Assembly (NCBI GenBank): GCA_030704615.1
Contig: CM060732.1
Location: forward strand, 24,428,001 to 24,492,000
DNA: 64,000 bases
Reading direction: 5' to 3'
Source: Takakia lepidozioides
Lineage: Eukaryota; Plantae; Bryophyta
Both the position numbers and the translations under genes were made by a program. Under the pieces are notes generated by a model that did not search any database, was not told the DNA's origin, and worked only from the letters and a program-made list of their open reading frames with translations. Positions 11,701 to 22,068 of the stretch are shown in pieces. How positions within the stretch are numbered: the stretch's first letter is position 1; each line of letters starts with the position of its first letter.

Positions 11701-14700
11701 TTGATGATGCGTGTCTTTGCATTTTGTTTGCAGTTGCCTTTCAAGTTTAGGGTTTTTGGTTAGTCTTCCTCTGTTACTGACCAGCTCCATGACTCTGCAA
11801 TGGCGGGCACTAGAAGCATTCGTGTCATTTACCACTGGGGTAACGACTCATTTTGAGTCGTAAAAGTCAAAAAACTGGGATCGACTGGAAGTTACAACAG
11901 ACTAGTTACAACAGACGTGGTAGTTGGGTTGGACATCCAATGATTGGAGTGGTAAAGGACGCAGACGCACGAACAACTGCTCAGCGATTAATGCGATTAA
12001 TGCTGAAGAACCACGTGGCGTAACCAGGCGGGCCGCCCGTGTGTCTGACCTTTTGGGCTGACTTTGACTTTTCCCTCCGGATGAGTGGACTGACTCACCC
12101 GGGGCGCGGTGACACATGGACGCGGACGTGGATGCGGACGTGGATGCCGATGTGGCGGCGCCGCGATGAGCGGCAATGCTGCCGCGTGGCCACGGCCCCA
12201 AGACGCCACATCGCAGTCGGCCACATCACTTGGAGTGCTGCATGTGACGTCGCAACAGCCACTAGCGAAGTCAACTGCACAACTTCCGGCAGACGAATCC
12301 ACGGGGACCACGTGGAGAGTGTATGGGTCGACGCGTGGCGTCGTCCCCACGCAATGGCAGTGACAGGTACGACTGCTAGTGGAAAGACGCAGAGTGCTTG
12401 TGCTATCTCGGGACTGCTTTGGCCAACTCCGCTGCCACTGTGCTAGTTGGTTGCACTACAGTAGGAAAGCACGAAAAATGAGCACTTGTAGTGGTTTGTG
12501 TGAGTTTCCAACTGACCTGCATTCTAAGCTGAAAATATGGTTCTGATGCATTCTACTGGTTTTAGTGGTTCACCCATATGCAGGGGGAATTGAGAAGCAA
12601 TGATACTAGGCGAGACTGAGAACACAGACCACGATGCATGCACAACATCACGCTAATGAACCAAATAGACGAGGCAACAGGGAGACCAAAGACCATCACA
12701 CATACACATAGAAGGTCGACGGACACGACGACAAGTCAGGAAATGTGATATTACATTCAAATTAGAGACCGTCACGGCACACCTGCATATGAGCAAGACT
12801 AAATGCCAACATACATGGTTGCCGGACATCACTTAAACTGTCATGGCCCAAATGTTCAAAACTGGTAACGTGAGTATCATACACACTTCTATGAGTATCA
12901 TTACACATCCAACAAGGACTACAAACATGAAATGTCACTTGATACTTTCACCTTTCCTCATACTCTTCTCTGGCCACAGAGTCACCGTGCCTTTCACGTG
13001 CACTAGTGTGGTCTGGGGGGGGGCATCGTCCACATTTGGGCAAGGCAATGTAACACTTGGAAGCATGATCTCGTGGACTTTCACCTTGTACCACCCGGAT
13101 CGAATGTCCTTGCAGTGGAACTTGTCAACCCCGGCTATTCCCACCACTTCCGCCTTGGCGGCGGCTGTCTTTGACCGCTTGTCATGGGGGTTCAGGAGAA
13201 ACACAGGATCTGATATCTGCAGACACCAACATCAGGGTCCACTCAGCAACAAACATAGCAATGACAGGGTGAAAGTCAAGCGCAGCTGGGCATGGAAACG
13301 ATCTTGGTTGCCACAATACTGAATCAGCAGCCAATTCACGGTGTACCAATGTACCTTGAAGCGAAGCTCGTCGCTGAGGGTGGCAACTGAGGAAATCTGC
13401 CCACGTGTCTTCAACTGCAGCAGCAAAAAGAGGTTTAGTCAGACGGATAAGAATAACATGAACTCTGGTGGTTGCAATGGTATAAACACACCTCCACGGA
13501 GCAAGCTAACAAACACCCTACTCAGACCCTAGCACTACAACTTCCTGGCAAAAATAACCCTACTAAAAACCAGCCAGGCAAAGCAAGGAGCCATGAATGC
13601 ATGCCTGGGGAACCACGTCCTATTGCGATGATGGTGCCGGGGACAGCCCACTCCTCTTGCTCACCTGCAATGAATACACATTGCAACGCTTCAGGAAGTG
13701 TATCCATAAAGGAAACCAACCAAGTAGGTTTGCGGAGAGGGGCTGGGAACAACCATACCTTGGGCGCTGCCTCCTCATGCTGGGGGGGGGGGGAACCGGA
13801 ATGCTGCCGCCGTAGCACTATGGTCGTAGGCGCAGGACCCACCTTCTTCACATTCGACCCCACTGCCACTCCCTGTACATGTGGTCCCTGCAAAACATAT
13901 AGTGCCAGCCTTGCGTGAGAGGGCATCCGGGGGGAACAAAACAAACATGGACTTTGGCTTCGATGTCATGATGCAAACAATAAGGTTAGTTTCACCTGCA
14001 TGGGCGCAGAAGTACTTCCCCCAACGACCCCATCCTCTCCCACATTCAAGCTGCCAGTCGGGGGCAGCTTCCACGTGCTTGTGAAGACACGCACACCCTT
14101 GGAGCAAAACAAATCTTGGCAGTAGGGCCAGACTGTTTCTAAAAGGTAGTCTGAATCGGGCCCCTCACTGACATTGCCAGTGACATCAAACGACAATGGA
14201 TGGACCATGTTCAAAGGGGAGTTCCCCCTCCCCTTGTGTGGTGAATCATCCACTAGGAGGGTGTTGGATTCGTTAAATCCTGAAAATTCCGACCACACCC
14301 TCGACAGTCTCTTCTGTAAGTTCTGTACGGCAGGCCCCTTTGTGGGGTGTGGCTCTGTCAAGGGGTCACACTCCTCTTGTGACCACACAAAGAGGGGAGA
14401 ACCCTTGACCCCCTGCATGACCACTTTGAAGATGTCTGCAACATTCCCCTTGGAAGCACAGGACCATATCCCAACGTAGAAATACCGGAAGAGAAGGTTT
14501 AAAAACTCGCAGACCTGGGGCCTTGGGAAAACATACTTGTTGGTGGTCAACACCCATGGCCAATGACGCCTCGGGTTGGGCTGAAAGTTAGGAATAGAGT
14601 GGCACATGATCCCGTTCAGGTCTAGAACAATTAGTTTCGACTTTTCTATGAAATGAGCTTTTGAAGGGGTGTCACGGGGTCTCACCTCAGTGGGTTGGGA

Positions 14701-16744
14701 GACAACAGTCACCCCGGAGGGCAAAGTTTCGGTCCCCCTGCAGCCTGGACCAGGCAAACTACCACCCTCTCCCCCTACAGCTTCCCCTTTTCCCCCATCA
14801 TGAGCAATGACCCCCCCATCGTCCATGTCATCCCCACCAACTTGCTGGACCTCTCCCTCTTCAACGAGTGGACCCTGCCCCCCACTGTAAATATCATCAA
14901 CAACAGCCCGGACCTCTGTCACATCCCTACCCACTACAATTACTTCCTCCTTGTCAGGTACAATGGTCGCAGCAGGGGGGTCTTCCATAATGCCACCCGT
15001 CACACCCCCTTTTTGCCCCATCATGAGTTCCACTATCTTCTTCAGTTGTGCTTCCATTCCCCTCTCCCGCTCCGCAGAGAGAGCCGCAAGCCTCTCCAGG
15101 GCCCCGATGCGGGCTGCCATTGAGTTCCCCGCTCCCTACGCATACAAACACCCACCCGTACTGTTAAAAACCAGAAGAAGAGGCCGAATGTGCAGGATTT
15201 CAGGCATTCGGAGATGGCTAGGTTTGGCATAACACCCCCCGTGTACCATGCGTGGGGGCCCCACATACCCACCAAATCTTAGTACAACAACAGATTCATG
15301 AATGGAAACCGGACTTCAAAACATACCTGGCTCAAAACAGACTCTGATGGGGTGCCAGTCGCAGCGTTCTTGCACTCCGCCCTGAGCTCGGACAGTGACG
15401 GGCTCCGCGCTTTGCGTCTTTTCTGTATTTGCCCATCCACACACTGTCAGTACAAAATGCCAGGAGCATATGGACAAAGCACTGCCCTGCATATCACATA
15501 ACAACTAATTCTGCACAAGCAATAAAACCCACTCGTGGGTGTCTCTTCCATCAGAACATGCCACAACGTAAGAGCAATGAGAAGGGGGTGAGGGAGATTA
15601 CCAAACGGGCTGCTTGGCCTGCAACTCCTGCCCGGCCCCAACGCAAGGGGTTCGTGACACAAGCACGCGCTTGCTTCATCCCTTCAGCCTTTGCAAGTCC
15701 ACGAGGGGACTCTCAGTAGGCAACAAGCTTATCCCAATAGGCGGGTTCAGTGTTCATTGGCCTCACACCAGTCTTCGCCCATTTATCTTTCAGTTTTGCT
15801 CTTTCTCCTTTCATTATCTTCCCACATTGCTTCACTATAAAATCACGATTGGCAGGGATAGGTGTGTACTCGTACATTCCATTTATGCCCTCTATTATTG
15901 TTGACATGGCACTCTGGGACTGCTGGTCAATGTCTTGTACGCTTGAGTCAAGGTAACGCAATTCCAGGCCATGTTCCTTACCTTCGCAGCCAGCATTGAT
16001 GACTCCATTTCCATGCACCTCCACCTTGTGGCGCTTTAGCCCTGCAGCCACCCTTCCCTCTCCATCTCCTTCCCATTGTTTCATGGCATGACGTCGTTCC
16101 TTCCTCAGCTCTGATGTCCGTTTCCTGCCCCCATGCTCTGGAGCAGCGCCGTCATACGTTGTGGGGGGTGACTGATGTGTGCCGGAGGGGGGAGGGCCGT
16201 ATGGAGATGTGGGAGGCCCCCATTGTGACGTGGCAACATCAGGAAGCCAGCGCCACGACCCCGAAGCAGGGGGGGCTCCCCATGGTGCACTCTGTTGTGG
16301 AGACCATCCGGCAGGGGGTGGGTGCCAAGGTTGGTGTTGGTTGGCATTGTGTGGTGGCTGTGAGTGCTTTGCTGCAGCTTCACTCCTCTTCTGCTGCCAA
16401 AAACATCCCACACACAAGGTGCATCAGTTGTAGTCCTACTGAACACAACGTCACCAGAGCACAAACCATCCCACAACCACAACTATGGATTGGCTGACCT
16501 CAACCCCACTCCCCTGCAGCGCAAAGTGCCAAAAACTGAAAAGGAGAGGGACAGAATGTCCTCATAACATGTAAGCCCATTCATTGGTGAAGAAACAGAA
16601 TGTGGGCGGGTTCACATCAGTACCACATGAAACTTACCAGGAAACAGAACATCCATCCGGGTTTTGCACATATCCAGTGGACATCTATTCACACAATCAG
16701 CAAATGGCTGTATGGCGGAGCCCAGCAACGGAGCCCCAAAAGGC

Positions 16745-17015
16745 CTAAAGACTCTCAATGTTGGTAATTAAACACAGGTGCAGACACAATTCAATTGAAA
16801 GGATATTGCAGACCTAGCCTCGTTGGAGTTATCAACGCATATAGCAAATGCGTACTCCAACGCAGGTGCAATGACGTGACAAAGCAACATTTCCTTGACC
16901 TAAAAACTAGTCCCTCTGCACACAGTGGTAGACCCGAAGGTTTTTCCACGATGTCCTCCCCCATGACACAAATTGAAAACATGTTCAGGGATGTTTTCTG
17001 CCTAACTTCATTTTC
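16745..17015 (-). repeat. Scrambled fragments of the LINE family found at 49185-54012
   Basis: 16745-16793 resembles 49431-49477; 16812-16900 resembles 50112-50205; 16925-17015 resembles 49664-49755. A fourth piece, 18129-18189, resembles 50267-50326. Confidence 0.8.
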
Positions 17016-18128
17016 TGCCCAATCAGATCTCCTCTACGCTGATGATGTTGCCCTTTTGGCACAATCCCCGGTCTTTCTGCAACGCCATATCAAAATTTTG
17101 GAACAGTTCTGCAAAGACTATGGGATGCAAGTCAATCTTAGAAAGACCAAGATCATGGTCTTCAATGGCCAGGCTGATCGTAGATTCATCTTCAACCAGC
17201 AGGAAATTGAGATTGTCAAATCATACCGGTACCTAGGTCTGGTTATCCACTCCCCCAAGTTTCACTTTGCAGCCACTGCCTTGGACATATTGACTAAAGG
17301 TAAGGCGGCCTCTGTCCGCCTTCACGCCAAATGCAAGCAAATACATCTGCGGCATCCCCCGACCAAAAAGTGGTTGTTTGACACCGTCGTCAGCCCTGCT
17401 ACCATCAATGGTTGTGAGTTTTGGGCACCTGGTGTCCCTGTCTCCTGGTGGGAAAAGAATTTGGAACCATTACAGTCATCTTTTCTCCAAGCAATGCTTG
17501 GCGCCAGGAGCACAACTCCATCTCAGATCCTAGGTGCAGCGTTCGCATGTGTACCATTGCAATCCGAGGCACAGTTCAGGCTTACAATCTTTCTCCATAG
17601 ATTGCAAGCCCTTCCACCCAAAGGGCTAGTGGCAAGGGCCCTCACAACATCTATGAGGCTCAAAGCTGCAGGTTTCGGGAACTCCTGGTATGCTCGAGTG
17701 GACAGTTTATTGAAACGTAACGGACTTTCTACTGCTTTCCTATTACCAATGAACCCACATGAGGTGGACATCACATCCAGACATGACCGCAACAGACTCA
17801 TTCGGAGAGAGCTTATGGAATTACATGTCAAGAGAACTTGGATGCTACCCAATCTCACAACAAAGCTCCACTTCTATCGAGAGACATTCTTGGTGCTCCG
17901 CGATGATATAATCTTCAGACCAAATTACGTTTCAGCACCCTTACCTCCTTCCCTCTTGAGGGCATTGGGGCGGTTCAGGGTGGGTTCCCACAACCTACGG
18001 ATAGAGACTGGCAGATGGGAAAACCTGCAACGGGAGGACCACCTATGTCCAGCTTGCATAGGGCGCAGCAAGGAAATTGAAACTAAAGAACACTTCTTCT
18101 TCTACTGCCCTGTATACTACGACATCCG
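17016..18128 (+). mobile_element. Non-LTR retrotransposon (LINE) RT C-terminal fragment, a second family, in intron 1 of the TnpA-like gene
   Basis: LLYADDVALLA, VNLRKTKIMVF, YRYLGL, LFDTVVSP...GCEFW, RFRVGSHNLRIETGRW and CPAC...ETKEHFFFYCPVYYDIR (CCHC). Stop-free but truncated at both ends. Confidence 0.9.
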
Positions 18129-20240
18129 TTTGAACAACTTTGTGGATATGTGCATCCCAGTTTCAGTTTCAGGAGAACTCAACGCCCAGAAAACAAGAAC
18201 ACAAGTAGGGGTAGAACTCACCTCATGCGCAGCGGTTTTGTGCCGTTTGCGCACCTTTTGGAGAGACTCTGCAGATGGAGGTGCAATTTCCTCCGAACTG
18301 TCCTCCACCTCATCGTCGTCGCCCATGCTATACTCGCTTGTGTCAAAATCCGAACTCGAAGACCGCCCACCGCTCTGCCTTCCCTCTCGCACCGACGCCA
18401 TCTGTACCGGATTCAGTCGAGCCAGGCGGGGGCTCCTTCGCACCGCGGGGCTGGAATGTGCAGAAGTGGGAGGAGGTGATGTTGCCTCGGCGGTCGACCG
18501 CTTCTTACTAGGCGTGGACATAGACCATGACAAAGATGAAGACGAGCGAGGACATAGACCATGACCAAGACAAAGACGAGCGAGGAAGACCAAGACATGC
18601 AAAGGAGGAAAGAGGGACAAGGAGGGGAGTGTGATCACACCCCCCCCCCCCCCCCCGATCTGTAGTGAAGATCCGGCCGTTGTTGATTTCAAATATGAAC
18701 ACGTGTCGTGCATCCGTCACTATGGCCTTTTCGACTTTGAGACGTTAAACCCTAAACCACTTACAATCCTCCAGACAACTAGATGTAGTGATTCACACAA
18801 CTGACATGGATCCGTTAACTTTTTTTCGTTCAAAATTAGGTGAAGGAAACACACTGCAATGATGCCGTGTATGGCTCCGCTTTACATGCATTCTTGGAGA
18901 AAATGCGCATGATGTGTGAGAAGTGAACACAGTGCTCTGCCAAATGATTCAGCAAAAACAAACTCAACTGTAGTGGTTCTCCCATCGCAGAGAAGGGTCC
19001 ATTCGACACCCATCACACCATGCCAAGTTGAGGTCCTCACACACACACCTACACATCGAGAATTTGCGAACCCACATCAGCTGGGAGAACATGGAAATTA
19101 CCCCGTGGATCACATGCAAGCATGAATGAGAAATGGGTTTATGTTACATGGGAGATTTTGGTGTACCTGCGCGACATGCAACTCTGTCTACATACTCCAT
19201 AAGTCGCTGTCCCAAGACCCAAGTGGACAGGGGAGGCCGGTGAGTCTGTACCACAAATGGTAATCATACAGCAGAGGGTACTGCTGCCCAACGTGCAAAA
19301 GCCGCCGGCTGCAGGATGTTAGGCATGCGAACTCGGGCACATCACGCCTCCTCTGCACCCCACTCCGTCCCAACCAGTGCAAAACAACCGTGCATGCATT
19401 GACTGCCCTCTGGCTTTCTCTCCAGGCATTTGGGGGTCTGCGATCTGCTACACGTAAGTGTCTTTGAATGCGACGATCAAAGGATCCGGTCACTTGCAGT
19501 TGCCGTCTCAAGGGCAGCATTGCAAGAATCAGAATTAAGTAAGAAAGATGGTGGAAGAAGCTGCAAACAGCAAATGAGTGAAGTGGCAGGGCGATGCTCC
19601 ATTTTTAACATGCTCCCCTTCCCGCCATGGTGATAGACCCACACAAATGGACTCCCTTCCCGCCACGGTGCAATTTCACGGCAACGAAACGGGATTGTCC
19701 GCCGAAACGTGATTTGGAGATGGCCTAAGACAAGTGGCGCAGGTTCTGGCCTTGTAGTTAGGTTGTTCACACTTCAATGCACAAATTTCATACACATTCA
19801 ACCATATGCCCAAGATCACAACGTCGTCAATCGTGAAAATTGAAATTCCACGTACGTCCTCCGATTCCTCACACACACACGAACTGTAGAGATAGGTCGT
19901 TTTCCAGGATGTCGTTGTTTGAGTCGATTTTGGTCATTTCTCTCAGTGTCTTGTTGAAAAGATTCTAGTTATGATGGGAAGCATCGTGATGGCTTTTAAA
20001 TGGTTTGCTGTTGAGTGTAACTTTTCATCATGTTGTGGAATCTACCGGTTGGTATAAAATGTCATCTGTCTTCTCTGCCAAAGGATGTGCGGCTGAACCT
20101 TTCAAATTGAGATTGTAGGAGGAGGGAATTGACGGTAGTGAAATGGGAGTGGCAGAGCCAAATTGAGGAATCTCTGCAAAGAGAATCCGGCCCCCTGCAA
20201 CGGCGTGCACAAACAGCATTGAAGAGGCTCCCCAACAAAA

Positions 20241-20453
20241 ATGAGTTCCCCTCGCCCATGCGGAGGACTTCCAATTAATCACCCTTGTAGACAGAACTCC
20301 CGAGATGATAGGTTGTGGGAAAGAGAAGTGGCACGTGTCCGAGCCCTTGGGCTTTCAAGGATGTCATGCCCATGTGAACGTTGTTTGGGCACTACAAGTA
20401 GATCTGAGGACGGTGTGCGCACACTAATGAGGAAGACATTCCAGGGTTGGTAA
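20241..20453 (+). pseudogene. Possible N-terminal transposase-associated (CPC..C) remnant of CACTA TnpD
   Basis: RMSCPCERC motif inside the CACTA element; no Transposase_21 core follows. Confidence 0.35.
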
Positions 20454-21360
20454 TTACCACAAGGCAAATTGCAGATGTGGGTAGTGAAGGGGAAGATTAT
20501 TTGGATATAGATAGTGAGCCCAGCTGAATCTCAGTGTCCATTAAGCCAGCAGCTCATAGACGAGAGCTATGTTAAGGACTCTTACTGTCCTTAGAACCCA
20601 TTTTGTACAGTCCTGCAAGCGCGCAAGGGCGAGACAGTTAATAGTATCGATAATGTCCCGGTATGTGGTCCGTACTGTCTTGTGAACAAACTTTTTTTTG
20701 TTCTGCCAATATTGTTTCTGACATGTGAGGAGAGGATCGTCTTCATGTACGGGAAGTAGACGTGAATGTGTGCATGCATTTTTTGGCCCAGCTGCATGCT
20801 TTCCAGGAACAAAGACCAGTGGAATGGGAGGTGTCTCCAAAGGAGCAGGACCGAACGACACCTTTTTGTGCTTCCCTTGCTTTCCTTCTCACCGTTGTTG
20901 CATTCTCCCACCTGCCCAACAGCAGCACTCTCGAAGCAATAGCATGACATATGTTGCAACATGGTCTTCTTCACCAGCGAATGAGCTTTTTTGCTACATG
21001 TACTGCCACGTCCACATTAACATTGATCCCTGCAAGCACTTGGCAAGACACCCCAGAGCCGCAAATCCAGCAACCACCACAAACACATCTAACTGATTGT
21101 AGTGACACGGGAATAGCTCACTTGTAGAGGAATTGAACCTCCAGCCAAATGAATGGCTCTGCCCCTTGTAGCACAAGTGCGATGCAAAAACAAGGTGAGT
21201 ACAAAATGAAGAAGCACTTACGAGGTCCCCATCCCTCGGATGGGCTCCCACTTGTGCTCTGGAACTGTGCAGGCCTGACTAGCACCAAATTGCATGAATC
21301 CTAAGCCTGAATGTCAAATGCAGGTTTATGTCGCGATGCAGGTACGCCATCATCTAACCT

Positions 21361-22068
21361 GTAGTTTCCAGTTTCACTGGTGTCACAACTGCCTTCAAGT
21401 CAACATCAAAATTAAGTCCACCTATGCGCAAATCACAGAATGTCTCATGACACCATATGCCGCCGCTGGTTTGGCATGATATGATTGTAGTTCACAACCT
21501 TAATGAACGCTTTCAGCCTTGACCTCTTTGCGATCTTCTTCTGTGACTGCTTCTTCATAATTTATGAAAGGGAAAAGCAGCTACACATCAAATTCTTGCA
21601 AGTACAGGGGGGTACTCAGGCCTCCTTGGGAGAAAGAGTGCCATAAACACAGACACATCCTTAAATGTAAAAATTGGAGAAGCGAACGTCTGGTGGCAAT
21701 AACTGCCTAAACCAGAATTATACTCCATTCCAGCGCACATGTAAAGGGTCGGATGATAACTCGGAATCCCAGTTGGAGATAATGAGACGAATACATGACT
21801 ATCTTGCGAGTTTCAACTTTCTTGGAGGTAGTTTCCAGTTTCTCTGGTGTCACAACTGCCTTCAAGCTGGGTTTAGAGGAATTAAGTCTCACTCGCAAAT
21901 GCAGAATGTCTCCCTCATCTGCGTGGGCAAAATGGGGTTTGGCATGATATGATTGTAGTTCACAACCAAAGGGCATATTCTTCAGCCTTCACGTCTTTGC
22001 GATCTTCTTCTGTGACGCCTTCTGCATAACTTGTGAAATGGAAAAGCAGCTACACATCAAATTATTGC
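21361..22068. repeat. Two diverged direct repeats (~240 bp, 467 bp apart) inside the CACTA element; probably a duplicated domain of a decayed minus-strand gene
   Basis: GTAGTTTCCAGTTTC.CTGGTGTCACAACTGCCTTCAAG at 21361 and 21828. Downstream GGCATGATATGATTGTAGTTCACAACC...GGAAAAGCAGCTACACATCAAATT is shared. The minus strand reads LKAVVTP.KLETT in both. Confidence 0.8.

Larger units (their letters stand above)
12935..18521 (-). pseudogene. CACTA TnpA-like (Ptta/En/Spm) gene with an internal FCP1/NIF HAD-phosphatase domain and a C-terminal Tnp1-like domain; exons complement(18222..18521,16499..16513,15602..16393,15327..15443,13996..15135,13759..13887,13355..13414,12935..13216)
   Basis: All exons are GT-AG and phase 0. 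Ptta-like block ...KGERAKLKDKW..RPMNTEPAYWDKLVAY*ESP..LAKAEGMKQARA..NPLRWGRAG. HAD motifs LIVLDLNG, FPRP, GIWS, KRL..VW and NTLLVDDSPHK. C-terminal AKAEV...FH...GWYKVKV...LP.P...TL..VKGTVTLWP. One premature TGA at 15713-15715 (likely TGG). The 15-nt micro-exon is tentative. Confidence 0.75.

Noticed and set aside
13966-15120. Stand-alone 384-aa FCP1 phosphatase gene
   Set aside because: It is bounded by in-phase acceptor (15136) and donor (13995) sites that join it to flanking TnpA-like exons, so it is better read as an internal exon.
16795-18564. 589-aa ORF as a real gene
   Set aside because: It is a chance read-through of antisense LINE scraps, a LINE RT fragment and the antisense strand of TnpA exon 1.
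18747-18755. Telomere-like AAACCCTAA (telo-box) upstream of TnpA exon 1
   Set aside because: A single short motif that is expected by chance; not a telomeric array.
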